From an archaeon (GTDB taxonomy: Archaea; Undinarchaeota; CAZHTU01; JBDRCC01): a stretch of 64,000 nt of DNA. Each line of letters opens with the position of its first letter. Positions within the stretch are counted from its first letter, which is position 1. Position numbers and translations under genes: made by a program. The stretch covers positions 32,001-96,000 of the forward strand of contig JBDRCC010000007.1 in assembly GCA_043822065.1 (NCBI GenBank), in the 5' to 3' direction. The notes beneath the pieces were generated by a model, which saw nothing but the letters and a program-made list of their open reading frames with translations, ran no database searches and was not told the origin of the DNA. This document shows, piece by piece, positions 49,213 to 58,733 of the stretch.

Positions 49213-49799
49213 GCGAACAAAAAGCAGAGCCACAAAAGCAGAAGCCTGCAGAGGCTAAGCCAGAAGCTAAAGGGGCTAAGCCAGCCGCAGCCCCAGCTCA
49301 GCCAAAGCCCGCTGCCGCAAAGCAGGAGAAAGCTGCAGCGCCAAGGCAGAAGCGGCAGAAGTTCCCGTTTGACCAGAACTCTGTCCTCCTCGATGCTTCC
49401 GACGCAGTTTTGGGCAGGCTTGCATCCGTTGCTGCCAAGAAGGCTTTGGACGGGAAGAAGGTTTTCATAATCAACGCCGAGAACGCGATAATCTCCGGCG
49501 ACAGGTACAAGACGCTTGCGATGTGGAAATTCCTCCGCGGCGAAATCGGCAGCAGGTACCACGGGCCGTATTTCCCACGGCGCCCGGACATGTTTGTCCG
49601 GAGGTCAATCCGCGGAATGCTCCCCTGGAAGCGCTCGCGCGGAAGGGACGCATACCGCCGCATACGCGTGTACATCGGGGTGCCTGACGAGCTGCAGGGG
49701 AAAGTGGCAGCCAAGCCGGATGCAATCCTTGACAACCTCGGGACACTGAGGTTCGCGCGCATAGGCCCGCTCTGCAAGCAGCTGGGGTGGAAGCAATGA
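49209..49799 (+). CDS. rpl13: 50S ribosomal protein L13 (uL13) with N-terminal extension
   Basis: LGRLASVAAK, GPYFPRRPD, IRGMLP, YIGVP. Confidence 0.97.
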   Translation: MSEQKAEPQKQKPAEAKPEAKGAKPAAAPAQPKPAAAKQEKAAAPRQKRQKFPFDQNSVLLDASDAVLGRLASVAAKKALDGKKVFIINAENAIISGDRYKTLAMWKFLRGEIGSRYHGPYFPRRPDMFVRRSIRGMLPWKRSRGRDAYRRIRVYIGVPDELQGKVAAKPDAILDNLGTLRFARIGPLCKQLGWKQ

Positions 49800-50188
49800 T
49801 ATTTACTGGAAAACGGAAGAAATCAATAGCCCGCGCATCAGTCACGAAGGGCAGCGGCTTGGTAAGGGTTAACTCCCTGCCATTGCAGCTGTATATGCCT
49901 GACCTCGAGCGCCTCCGCATGCAGGAGCCACTCATACTCGCCGGCGAAGATGTCATAAACAAGCTCGAAATCAACGTCATCGTCACTGGCGGCGGAATAA
50001 GCGGCCAGACCGATGCGGCTCGGACTGCAATCGCCAAGGCGATTGTCGGCTTCACAAAAAACGAGGTCGTAAAGAAGCAGTTCAAGGAGTATGACAGGAG
50101 CCTGCTCGTAAGCGATATGAGGGGCAAGGAAACCTCAAAGCCGGGCGGCCACGGCGCAAGGAACAGGAGACAGAAGAGCTACAGGTAA
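49796..50188 (+). CDS. rps9: 30S ribosomal protein S9 (uS9)
   Basis: [29 protein letters not shown]. Confidence 0.98.
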   Translation: MIFTGKRKKSIARASVTKGSGLVRVNSLPLQLYMPDLERLRMQEPLILAGEDVINKLEINVIVTGGGISGQTDAARTAIAKAIVGFTKNEVVKKQFKEYDRSLLVSDMRGKETSKPGGHGARNRRQKSYR

Positions 50189-50190
50189 AG

Positions 50191-50421
50191 ATGATAATAC
50201 CAATACGCTGCTACACATGCGGGAAGCCGGTTGCGCACTTGTGGGAGGACTACAAGAGGCGCGTTGACGCCGGCGAAGACGCAAAAAAGGTCTTAGACGA
50301 CCTTGGTGTTGATCGCTACTGCTGCCGCAGAATGCTCCTTACCCACGTAAATCTCATCGAGGAGGTAATGAGATTCGGTCCCCAGGGATTCACCGAGGAG
50401 AAAACCCGTGAGGGGTCGTAG
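50191..50421 (+). CDS. rpoN: DNA-directed RNA polymerase subunit N (Rpo10)
   Basis: [21 protein letters not shown]. Confidence 0.98.
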   Translation: MIIPIRCYTCGKPVAHLWEDYKRRVDAGEDAKKVLDDLGVDRYCCRRMLLTHVNLIEEVMRFGPQGFTEEKTREGS

Positions 50422-50484
50422 GGTAGTTTGGTATCCTACCGGCATGGGGTGCCGGTGACCCGAGTTCAAATCTTGGCGGCCCCA
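50412..50484 (+). tRNA. tRNA-Pro(GGG)
   Basis: GGGGTCG/CGGCCCC + A73, CCGGC-ATGGGGT-GCCGG, TTCAAAT; canonical position after rpoN. Confidence 0.93.
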
Positions 50485-50494
50485 CTCGCATAAA

Positions 50495-50722
50495 ATGCCT
50501 GAAAACAAAAAAGAAAACATGAAAACCGAAGCAGAATACACAAAGTATGAAGTCGCTAGGATAGTCGGAGCCAGGGCGCTCCAGATATCCATGGGCGCGC
50601 CAGTCCTTGTAAAAGTCCCCAAGGCACTCTACGATTCTATAGATATCGCGAAATTCGAATTTGACCAGGGCGCAACACCTCTCACAATCAAGCGGATAAT
50701 GCCCTACGGGGGCGCAGCATGA
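50495..50722 (+). CDS. rpoK: DNA-directed RNA polymerase subunit K (Rpo6); start may be 50519
   Basis: [21 protein letters not shown]. Confidence 0.97.
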   Translation: MPENKKENMKTEAEYTKYEVARIVGARALQISMGAPVLVKVPKALYDSIDIAKFEFDQGATPLTIKRIMPYGGAA

Positions 50723-51312
50723 GCGAAGACCTTTTAGTTTCACTGGACAAGTACCTCGCAGCTGGCGTGCACATAGGCACCCAGCAGAGGGAGGCAGGCA
50801 TGAAGCGGTTCATATACAACATACGCCCGGACGGCCTGTCAGTGTTCAACATCCAGCAGATAAACGACCGCATCCGCGAGGCTGCGACGCTTCTGTCAAA
50901 ATACGATGCGCCAAAAGTGCTTGTTGTTGTCTCAAGGGAGAACTCCAAAGACGCCGTTGCGAAGTTCGGCGAGATGACCGGCGTTAACGCGCTTGCGGGC
51001 AGGTTTATGCCAGGCACGCTTACCAACCCCAACTACAAGGAGTACATGGAGCCTCAAATCGTCCTTGTGGGGGACCCGAACCTCGACCAGAGGGTTATAG
51101 ACGAGGCCACAAAGGTTGGAATCCCTGTTGTAGCTTTCTGCGACACGAACAACAGCCCGAAGAATGTGGACGTAATACTCCCTGGAAACAACAAGGGCAA
51201 GAAGTCAACCGCGCTAATGCTTTGGCTCATTGCGAGGGAGATGCTCAAGGCACAGGGAAAAATAAAGTCTGACTCTGACATGAAGTACTCCCTGGACGAC
51301 ATCCAGGCGTAA
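50719..51312 (+). CDS. rps2: 30S ribosomal protein S2 (uS2)
   Basis: [27 protein letters not shown]. Confidence 0.98.
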   Translation: MSEDLLVSLDKYLAAGVHIGTQQREAGMKRFIYNIRPDGLSVFNIQQINDRIREAATLLSKYDAPKVLVVVSRENSKDAVAKFGEMTGVNALAGRFMPGTLTNPNYKEYMEPQIVLVGDPNLDQRVIDEATKVGIPVVAFCDTNNSPKNVDVILPGNNKGKKSTALMLWLIAREMLKAQGKIKSDSDMKYSLDDIQA

Positions 51313-51316
51313 TTAG

Positions 51317-52147
51317 ATGGAATCAATACAACGGCTTCCTGCAGTGGCAGGCCAGTTCTATACTGACAATCCAACCCAGCTCAGGCAGCAGATCCTCTCC
51401 TTTCTCCCGCAGTCAGTGAAGCCGACTGCGCTGGCAGTTATTTCCCCGCATGCCGGCTATATGTACTCCGGGCGGGTTGCGGGCTATTCTTTCAAGGCAC
51501 TTGCCGAGGCTGACACCTACATCCTTTTAGGCCCGGTCCACCAGATGGCAAAAGCCCATTTTGGCATGTCGCTCAAGGACTGGTCAACCCCCCTCGGCAC
51601 AGCGAGAATAGACGCGGGGCTTGCAAAAACCCTTGAACAAAAAACACAGATTGTCTGCGATGAAACCGCACACCTCCGCGAGCATTCACTCGAGGTGCAG
51701 CTTCCATTTCTCCAGGTGACAAATCCCAAAATGAAGTTTGTCCCCGTTGCAGTCCATCCAACTTCAACCTTCAAGGAGGACGCGGCAGAGCTCGGCTCCG
51801 CAATCGGCGGGATAATCAAATCTTCAAAAAAGAGCATAGGCATAGTCACAAGCTCGGACTTTTCCCATTTCATCCCAGAAGGCGAAGCAAAAGAGGTCGA
51901 CCTTGGGGCGATAGACCTTATAACACGGCTTGATGCGGACGGCTTTTTGGACTACGTCGAGTCAAACAACGCGTCAATTTGCGGGTACGCACCCATAACT
52001 GTCATGCTTCACGCCCTAAAAACAATAGGTATTAAAAAGGGCGAGCTCCTTAAGTATGATACTAGCGCATCAGTGACTCACGATACCAGCAATGTCGTAG
52101 GGTACGCGTCAGTTAAGTTTGACAAGAGGAAAAATGGGCCTGTTTAG
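51317..52147 (+). CDS. MEMO1 family protein
   Basis: PAVAGQFY, PHAGYMYSG, EHSLEVQLPFLQ, SSDFSH, SICG, VVGYAS. Confidence 0.95.
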   Translation: MESIQRLPAVAGQFYTDNPTQLRQQILSFLPQSVKPTALAVISPHAGYMYSGRVAGYSFKALAEADTYILLGPVHQMAKAHFGMSLKDWSTPLGTARIDAGLAKTLEQKTQIVCDETAHLREHSLEVQLPFLQVTNPKMKFVPVAVHPTSTFKEDAAELGSAIGGIIKSSKKSIGIVTSSDFSHFIPEGEAKEVDLGAIDLITRLDADGFLDYVESNNASICGYAPITVMLHALKTIGIKKGELLKYDTSASVTHDTSNVVGYASVKFDKRKNGPV

Positions 52148-52301
52148 CAACATACTGCTCTTCATTGTCTTCGTCGTCTCGATAGTTAGCGGCTTTTACT
52201 ACATCCGCGCCCACCTCTATGGCGAGGTGCGGCTTGAGCTTGCCGCGCTCTTTTTTGGAGGGCTCATCGCCTTCATAATTCTGACGCTGCTCCTTCTTTA
52301 G
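52134..52301 (+). CDS. Small two-TM hypothetical protein
   Basis: 55 aa, two hydrophobic helices, GAGG-type SD, fills the gap between MEMO1 and RNase J. Confidence 0.6.
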   Translation: MGLFSNILLFIVFVVSIVSGFYYIRAHLYGEVRLELAALFFGGLIAFIILTLLLL

Positions 52302-52337
52302 AAAAGCATTATAAGCTTGCGCTCTTTTACGTATAAC

Positions 52338-53696
52338 ATGGTAGAAATAATACCTCTTGGCGGATATGAGGAAGTCGGGCGCAACTCGACCGCTGTCAAG
52401 TACAAGGACGAAATAGTCATATTTGATTTCGGCTTCCACATGGAGCGCATAGCCTCGATGGGCGAGGACACCCACGTCCAGATACGGGACATGTCAATTT
52501 CCGAATTGCACGAGATAGACGCGATACCTGATGACAAGTGCATCCTGCCCATGAAGAACAAGGTAGTTGCATTAGTCTCAAACCATGGCCACCTTGACCA
52601 CATAGGCGCAATGCCCCAGCTCGCGCCCCAATACAAGGCGCCGATAATCGGGAGCCCATTCACCACCGAGCTCATAGAGGGCATGTTTGCTGACGCAGCC
52701 GTCAAGAACCGAAACAAGCTTGTTACCATGCACCCAGGCGAGCAGGTCGAGCTCTCAAAAAACCTGACCCTTGAATTTGTGCATACGACCCACAGCATAC
52801 CTGATACTGTCTTTTCCGTCCTCCACACTCCCGACGGCCCGCTCGTTTACTGCAACGACTTCAAGCTCGACAACCACCCGACCGTCGGCGAGAAGCCAGA
52901 CTACAAGCGTATACGGGAGCTCGGCGACGAGGGCGTCAAAGCTACCATAATCGAAACCGTCAGGATTGACAGGGAGCGGAAGACTCCGAGCGAAGCAGTC
53001 GCCCGCGCACTTTTGGAGGATGTCCTCCTCGGCAGGGAGCACGAAAACGCACTCTTCATAACGACGTTTGCTTCCCACATACACAGGATAATGATAATCC
53101 TCGAGACTGCAAAGAAAATGGGGCGCATTCCGGTCCTCCTCGGGCGCTCGATGTCACGATATTCTGCAATAGCCGAGCGGCTTGGAATAATGAAAATTCC
53201 AAAAGGCGTAGAAGTCGTCGGCAAGGGCAAGGCTATTGACGCCAAGCTAAAGAAATGCGCAAACGATATGGACAACTACATTTTCATATGCACTGGCCAC
53301 CAGGGCGAGCCCAATTCCGTCCTTGACAGGATAGCAAGCAAGAAATTTTCCTACAAAGTCCGCCCTGGGGATGAAATCGTGTTCTCAAGCTCAGTAATAC
53401 CATCGCCAATAAACGAGGACAACCACTACCGCCTGTCGACCAAGCTCAAGGCGCAGGGCGGCCGGCTCTTCCGCGACGTCCACGTGTCCGGACACGCCTC
53501 AAAGGAGGACCACCGCGACCTTCTCATGATGTTCCGCCCCGAGAACATAGTACCCTGCCATGGCGACCTCAAGAAGCTTGCCGCTTACGCGGAGCTTGCC
53601 TCTGAAATGAACGCAGTAAAGAACGAGATGGGCAGGGAGTACAAGCTCGGCCAGAATGTTCACCTTTTGCACAACGGCCAAAGGCACGAACTCTAG
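52338..53696 (+). CDS. rnj: Archaeal ribonuclease J (beta-CASP)
   Basis: GGYEEVGRN, HGHLDHIG, THSIP, DFKLD, HVSGHA, PCHG. Confidence 0.96.
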   Translation: MVEIIPLGGYEEVGRNSTAVKYKDEIVIFDFGFHMERIASMGEDTHVQIRDMSISELHEIDAIPDDKCILPMKNKVVALVSNHGHLDHIGAMPQLAPQYKAPIIGSPFTTELIEGMFADAAVKNRNKLVTMHPGEQVELSKNLTLEFVHTTHSIPDTVFSVLHTPDGPLVYCNDFKLDNHPTVGEKPDYKRIRELGDEGVKATIIETVRIDRERKTPSEAVARALLEDVLLGREHENALFITTFASHIHRIMIILETAKKMGRIPVLLGRSMSRYSAIAERLGIMKIPKGVEVVGKGKAIDAKLKKCANDMDNYIFICTGHQGEPNSVLDRIASKKFSYKVRPGDEIVFSSSVIPSPINEDNHYRLSTKLKAQGGRLFRDVHVSGHASKEDHRDLLMMFRPENIVPCHGDLKKLAAYAELASEMNAVKNEMGREYKLGQNVHLLHNGQRHEL

Positions 53697-53697
53697 A

Positions 53698-55353
53698 ATG
53701 TCCCTCGAAAAAGACATCCGGATAGCTGCCCTTAAAAATGCAGCTTCCCACAGCGGCAAAGCAGACCCGGGCGCCGTCATTGGCTATATTCTCGCAGGCA
53801 GCCCCGAATACCGCACAAAATTCAAGGAGATAGTCCTAGACCTCCAGCGAATTGTAAAGGATGTCAACAAGCTTACCGTAACTGCCCAGGTGAAGGAGCT
53901 TTCTTCCCTTGGCGTCAGCCTTGAGCGGAAGGTCGAGGAGAAAAAAGGCCTTCCAGAATTACCCGACCGCGGCCCTGTCAGAATGCGATTTGCCCCGTCC
54001 CCTTCCGGTCCCCTCCATATCGGGCACGCAAGGACGATACTCCTTAACGACGAGTACGTCCGCAAGTACGGCGGCAAATTTATCCTTCGGTTTGAGGACA
54101 CGGACCCAAACAACATACTTCCCGAAGCCTACGACTGGATACCGGAGGAAATCGCCTGGCTGGGCGTTAAAATACACGAGACCTACTACCAGTCAGACCG
54201 GCTCGAGGAGTACTACAAGGTCGCAAAGAAGCTTTTGGATGCGGGCCACCTGTACGTGTGCACCTGCAAGTCCGAGGATCACAAGTCTCTTTTAGACGCA
54301 GGCAAGCCCTGCCCCTGCCGCGGGCTTTCGAAGGACAAAAATCTTGAGCGCTGGCAGAAGATGTTCTCTTCCTACAAGAGCGGCGACGCAGTCATCCGGG
54401 CGAAGACCGACCTCAAGCACAAGAACCCGGCACTCCGGGATTTCCCACTTCTGAGAATTCTCGATGTAAAACACCCGCGGGCCGGTGACAACTTCAAAGT
54501 GTGGCCTCTGTACAACTTCTCCTGCGCCGTTGACGACCATGACATGAAAATCACCCACATCCTCCGCGGAAAGGACCACCTTACAAACACCGACCGCCAG
54601 GAATTCATCTACGACTGGCTCGGCTGGATGAAGCCATGGTTCTTCCACCACGGAAGGCTCAAAATCGGGGACCTCGAGCTCAGCAAGACAAAGACCAAGC
54701 AGAAGATACGCGAGGGACAATATACTGGCTGGGACGACGTCCGGCTCGGGACCCTCAAGGCGCTCGCTGCAAGGGGCATCAGGCAGGAGGCAATCCGCCA
54801 GACAATCCTTGACATGGGGCTGAAGGCCGTCGACGTAAACCTCTCCTGGAAGAACCTGTTCAACTACAACCGCCACCTGATAGAGGAGAGCGCCAACCGC
54901 TATTTTTTCGTCCCAGACCCCATGCAGATTGAGCTGCACCACCCAGACACTGCAGAAGTTTCGCTCCCGCTCCACCCCGACTACCCAAAGCGCGGCTCAA
55001 GGGTGTTCCACCTGTCTCCAGCAGACGGCAAGCTGAAGCTCTTCATATCCGCCCAGGACTACAAGCTTTTGGAGAAGGGGCCACTCCGGCTCATGAACCT
55101 CTTAAACATAAAGCTCGTCGGAAAGGGCAAAATCCACGCAGAGCTTGGCGAGAAGCTCGACAAGAAAATCCAGTGGCTCCCCGGCGGCATCCAGGTCACG
55201 CTCCAGACGCCGGAGGGCGAGATAACCGGGATTGGCGAGGAAACCCTGTCAGCCCTGAATGTTGGTGCCATAGTCCAGTTCGTCAGGACTGGCTACGCCT
55301 GCCTGTTCAAGAAGCAGAAGGACATGCTAATTTTCAGGCTAACCCACCCATAA
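53698..55353 (+). CDS. gltX: Glutamate--tRNA ligase (archaeal type)
   Basis: MRFAPSPSGPLHIGH, RFEDTD, YQSDR, LRGKDH, WDDVRLGT. Confidence 0.97.
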   Translation: MSLEKDIRIAALKNAASHSGKADPGAVIGYILAGSPEYRTKFKEIVLDLQRIVKDVNKLTVTAQVKELSSLGVSLERKVEEKKGLPELPDRGPVRMRFAPSPSGPLHIGHARTILLNDEYVRKYGGKFILRFEDTDPNNILPEAYDWIPEEIAWLGVKIHETYYQSDRLEEYYKVAKKLLDAGHLYVCTCKSEDHKSLLDAGKPCPCRGLSKDKNLERWQKMFSSYKSGDAVIRAKTDLKHKNPALRDFPLLRILDVKHPRAGDNFKVWPLYNFSCAVDDHDMKITHILRGKDHLTNTDRQEFIYDWLGWMKPWFFHHGRLKIGDLELSKTKTKQKIREGQYTGWDDVRLGTLKALAARGIRQEAIRQTILDMGLKAVDVNLSWKNLFNYNRHLIEESANRYFFVPDPMQIELHHPDTAEVSLPLHPDYPKRGSRVFHLSPADGKLKLFISAQDYKLLEKGPLRLMNLLNIKLVGKGKIHAELGEKLDKKIQWLPGGIQVTLQTPEGEITGIGEETLSALNVGAIVQFVRTGYACLFKKQKDMLIFRLTHP

Positions 55354-55388
55354 ATAGATTTATATATTGCAAACTCAAATAAGCCCTT

Positions 55389-55961
55389 ATGGGAGTATTC
55401 AGCCAGTCAGTTCCAATGCAATTTGATGCGGCATTTGTAGGTCCGGTGCATTATTTCTTGAAGGTATTCATCAACACTCAAGTGTATGGCAAGGATATTG
55501 ATCCGCACACCCTGACCAAAATCCTCCTCAAGGAAAAGCGCCTTTCCGAAGCCCACTCAAAGAAGGAGATCTACTATCTTGTATACGTCCGCGAGGGCAC
55601 AAACTTAGATAAAAAGAATGTCATCAACCTCCTCTCGTTCGGGAAGGATGGAAGCCTCATAGAGCACTTCAGGGAGGATTCTACCAAGCACATAATCGAC
55701 TTTGAAGCGGAAGCCATTACCGCGCCATTCGGCTTATTTTCCCTCTTGGAAAGGGGCCCGCCCGCAGATACTCACCACCCATTCACAGTGGACCTCCTAA
55801 CGGCTGTTGTTGAAGAGTCGGTCCGGCTTTGCGTGGATAAAACCCACCCAGAGCTTGTGCTTGAAGCCTTCATGGGCGGCAAAAAAGCGAAGCATGCGCT
55901 GGGCGCCTGCCCAGGCGTACAGTCCATCATAGACCGTTATGCGCCCCGCTGGGTGAAATAA
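55389..55961 (+). CDS. Hypothetical protein
   Basis: 190-aa ORF with TTTATATA about 25 nt upstream; no recognised motif. Confidence 0.7.
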   Translation: MGVFSQSVPMQFDAAFVGPVHYFLKVFINTQVYGKDIDPHTLTKILLKEKRLSEAHSKKEIYYLVYVREGTNLDKKNVINLLSFGKDGSLIEHFREDSTKHIIDFEAEAITAPFGLFSLLERGPPADTHHPFTVDLLTAVVEESVRLCVDKTHPELVLEAFMGGKKAKHALGACPGVQSIIDRYAPRWVK

Positions 55962-55994
55962 GTTTTTATCCTGTGTCATCCAATAATAATCAAC

Positions 55995-56453
55995 ATGATG
56001 TTCGAAGCCTCCGTGCAGTATGGGAATGAAACTGCCTACGCCATGGTCCTTTATCACGGTCGGGAGCTCTGGAAAAAGATACACAATGAGAAGCTTCTTG
56101 GCGATTTCCCTGACCCGCACCTGGTTGCGTATGCCGCAATTTTCGTTTTCAAAGGCCTCAAAAAGGCATCCTCCGAGATGAATTTCTTCGCATTTGACGA
56201 GCACTGCGGCCTTTTAGAGCGCATCAGGGAAGCCAAGCCGCCGCGGAAGGGGCCGAGTTCGGCAGAGCTGATAGAAAACGCCCTGCGCGGGTACGAGGCT
56301 GGTAACGCCGAGAAAATGGCGTATGATGCTGCCAAGAAGATAACACATTTCATCGTTGACGAGCTCAAATTGGAAGGCGCGGAAGTGGTCAAGGAAGCGC
56401 TCTTCGATAACCTGCTCGACAAGGGCTATATTAGGAAAGGCTTCCTCCTGTAG
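55995..56453 (+). CDS. Hypothetical protein
   Basis: 152-aa ORF, AT-rich upstream box; no recognised motif. Confidence 0.65.
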   Translation: MMFEASVQYGNETAYAMVLYHGRELWKKIHNEKLLGDFPDPHLVAYAAIFVFKGLKKASSEMNFFAFDEHCGLLERIREAKPPRKGPSSAELIENALRGYEAGNAEKMAYDAAKKITHFIVDELKLEGAEVVKEALFDNLLDKGYIRKGFLL

Positions 56454-56466
56454 CCGCCCAATCTCA

Positions 56467-56479
56467 AAACCTTTATAAA
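56467..56479 (+). promoter_or_regulatory. BRE/TATA promoter core of the rpl7Ae operon
   Basis: AAACCTTTATAAA. Confidence 0.75.
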
Positions 56480-56508
56480 GTTAGGATGAAATATAGACCA
56501 CACTTCAA

Positions 56509-56550
56509 GCCATAAATGCGTGATGAACCGTTGGAGGTGAATAATATGGC
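56509..56550 (+). promoter_or_regulatory. K-turn-containing 5' UTR of rpl7Ae (autoregulatory)
   Basis: GAT bulge, GA-ACC-GTTGGA-GGT-GA tandem GA pairs over SD GGAGGTGA; GCCATA/TATGGC covers the ATG. Confidence 0.7.
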
Positions 56551-57076
56551 AGATGTACCAGAAGCATTAGTTAATGAGTCCTTGAAAGTCCTTGAAATCG
56601 CCAGGAACACTGGAAAGATTTCACGCGGGACGAACGAGGCAACAAAGCAGATTGAATCAGGCAAGGCTAAGCTAGTTTTAGTGGCGACCGACGTCCAGCC
56701 GAAGGAGATAATTTCATTCCTTCCGGGGCTGTGCGCCGAGAAGAAGGTCCCCTGCATTAGCGTCCCGAGCAAGCAAGAACTCGGCAAGGCAGGTGGGCTT
56801 GACGTACCTGCAGCATCGATAGCAATAATCGACGCAGGCAACGCAAAGAAAGAGCTTACCCAGCTTGTAGAGAAGCTTGCCGCCGGCAAATCGAAGCCGA
56901 CGGAAGAGGCTCCAAAGCAGGCAGAGGCGAAGCCAGCCGAGAAAAAGGCTGAAGCCAAGCCGGCTGAAAAGCCAGCCGAGCATAAGCCAGCCGAAAAACC
57001 GGCCGAGAAAAAGGCTGAAGCCAAGCCGGCTGAAAAGCCAGCAAAAAAGGAAGAGACGCCTAAAGAGAAGAAATAA
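56546..57076 (+). CDS. rpl7ae: 50S ribosomal protein L7Ae with KPAEK-repeat tail
   Basis: [33 protein letters not shown]. Confidence 0.97.
   Translation: MADVPEALVNESLKVLEIARNTGKISRGTNEATKQIESGKAKLVLVATDVQPKEIISFLPGLCAEKKVPCISVPSKQELGKAGGLDVPAASIAIIDAGNAKKELTQLVEKLAAGKSKPTEEAPKQAEAKPAEKKAEAKPAEKPAEHKPAEKPAEKKAEAKPAEKPAKKEETPKEKK
56936..57042 (+). repeat. Perfect 41-nt direct repeat (56936-56976 and 57002-57042) in the L7Ae tail
   Basis: GCCGAGAAAAAGGCTGAAGCCAAGCCGGCTGAAAAGCCAGC twice, 66-nt period. Confidence 0.9.
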
Positions 57077-57375
57077 TGGCAGACGACCAGAAACCTGCTG
57101 AGAAACCAGCTGAGAAACCCGAACCCGCCCAGAAGCGGGGGCGCCCTGAAAGGGGCAAGGAATCAGTTGGCGCTCTGAGGTACCCTGCGCAGGTCCTGAA
57201 CATAATCGGCAGGACCGGCACGACTGGGGACATAACCCAGGTCAGGGTCAGGGTTCTCGACGGCTACGACAAAGGGAAGATTATGCGCAGAAACGTCAAA
57301 GGGCCAATCCGGGTAAACGACGTACTCCTTCTCAGGGAGACTGAGATGGAAGCCCAGAAGCTCAGGCAGGTATAA
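57076..57375 (+). CDS. rps28e: 30S ribosomal protein S28e with N-terminal extension
   Basis: [33 protein letters not shown]. Confidence 0.97.
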   Translation: MADDQKPAEKPAEKPEPAQKRGRPERGKESVGALRYPAQVLNIIGRTGTTGDITQVRVRVLDGYDKGKIMRRNVKGPIRVNDVLLLRETEMEAQKLRQV

Positions 57376-57376
57376 A

Positions 57377-57715
57377 ATGCCGAGGCACCAGAGATGCTCA
57401 TTCTGCGGCAGGGACTTTGAGCCAGGCACTGGGATAAATCTCGTCACGAACGACGCGATTGTCCACCCCTTCTGCACGAGCAAGTGCAGGAAGAACTACG
57501 CCCTTGGGCGAAACCCCATTCGCGTAAGGTGGACTCTCAGGTACAAGCAGTTCCGCGAGGAGACCCTTGGTATCCGCAAGGCATCCGAGCAGAAGGCTGA
57601 GGCTAAGAAGGCCGAGCCGCCGAAAGCGGAGAAGCCAGCCGTAAAGAAGCCGGCAAAAGAGAAGACGGTTTCCCAGCGCAAACTCAGAAAGAAGGAATCA
57701 AGGCAGAAGAAATAG
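57377..57715 (+). CDS. rpl24e: 50S ribosomal protein L24e with Lys-rich tail
   Basis: CSFCG..FEPGTG, FCTSKC, RNP..VRWT. Confidence 0.97.
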   Translation: MPRHQRCSFCGRDFEPGTGINLVTNDAIVHPFCTSKCRKNYALGRNPIRVRWTLRYKQFREETLGIRKASEQKAEAKKAEPPKAEKPAVKKPAKEKTVSQRKLRKKESRQKK

Positions 57716-57718
57716 TGC

Positions 57719-58609
57719 ATGCCTTTAGAGCGCTATAGCCGGGTTCTCTCCGGGAACGAGCTTCCAAACTTCAAAATCTCGCGCGAGCAGGGCGACCTAT
57801 CCCAAAAGGCAGGCGAGGCGGAGATACTTCTCCACTCCTGCGCCCTCTGCGAGCACAACTGCAGGGTCGACCGCCATACTACGGCCGGGGTCTGCGGTGT
57901 GGGCGCAGAAATGCGGGTCGCATCCGACTTCATTCACCTCGGCGAGGAGCCCGAGCTTGTCCCGAGCTACACTATATTCTTTGCAGGCTGCAACATGAAG
58001 TGCCAGTACTGCCAGAACGCTGACATCTCGCAAAACGCGCTGGCAGGCCACCCAGTCAAGCCGTGGTCCCTGGCTTATATGATCGACAGCCATCCGACGG
58101 CAAAGAACGTCAATTTCGTCGGCGGCGAGCCCACCCCCCACCTCGCAGGCATACTTCGCGCCCTGACCGAAGTCAAGTCAAACATCCCGGTCGTCTGGAA
58201 CTCAAACATGTACCTTAGCGAAAAGGGCATGTCCCTCCTCGACGGGGCGGTCGACGTCTGGCTTACCGACTTCAAGTACGGCAACGACAAGTGCGCAAAG
58301 CGGCTGTCCAAGGTTGGCAATTACTGGAAAGCCGTCACGCGCAACCACAAGCTGGCTGAAACGACCAAATACCCAAGCGAGCTGCTTATCCGCCACCTTG
58401 CCCTGCCGGGGCATCTTGAATGCTGCACCAAGCCAATCATCGACTGGATTTCAGAGAACCTAAACAACCCCAGAATCAACATCCTGGACCAGTACCGCCC
58501 ACAGTACGAAGCACATAAATATAAAGAAATCAATAGACCTCTGAAGCCGGAGGAGCATGGCGAAGCGGTGCGCTACGCCAAAAAGCTCGGCTTAACCAAC
58601 ATAGTATAA
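57719..58609 (+). CDS. Radical SAM protein, PflX-like
   Basis: CALCEHNCRVDR, HLGEEPEL, CNMKCQYCQN, GGEPTP, WNSNMY, DFKYG, QYRP. Confidence 0.92.
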   Translation: MPLERYSRVLSGNELPNFKISREQGDLSQKAGEAEILLHSCALCEHNCRVDRHTTAGVCGVGAEMRVASDFIHLGEEPELVPSYTIFFAGCNMKCQYCQNADISQNALAGHPVKPWSLAYMIDSHPTAKNVNFVGGEPTPHLAGILRALTEVKSNIPVVWNSNMYLSEKGMSLLDGAVDVWLTDFKYGNDKCAKRLSKVGNYWKAVTRNHKLAETTKYPSELLIRHLALPGHLECCTKPIIDWISENLNNPRINILDQYRPQYEAHKYKEINRPLKPEEHGEAVRYAKKLGLTNIV

Positions 58610-58632
58610 TCCAACAATCCTAAAACGACTTT

Positions 58633-58720
58633 GCGGGAGTGGCGGAGTCTGGAAAACGTGCCCGGTTCAGGGCCGTGTGGCTTAGTGCCTACGAGGGTTC
58701 AAATCCCTTCTCCCGCACCA
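58633..58720 (+). tRNA. tRNA-Leu(CAG), CCA encoded
   Basis: GCGGGAG/CTCCCGC + A + CCA, loop TTCAGGG, one C-T mismatch in the anticodon stem, variable arm as in tRNA-Leu(TAG). Confidence 0.9.
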
Positions 58721-58733
58721 TATCTCTCTGCGT

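Noticed and set aside
51317-58609. MEMO1 plus radical SAM as an AmmeMemoRadiSam system
   Set aside because: The genes are 5.5 kb apart, the radical SAM looks PflX-type, no AMMECR1 is present, and MEMO1 after rps2 is ordinary synteny.
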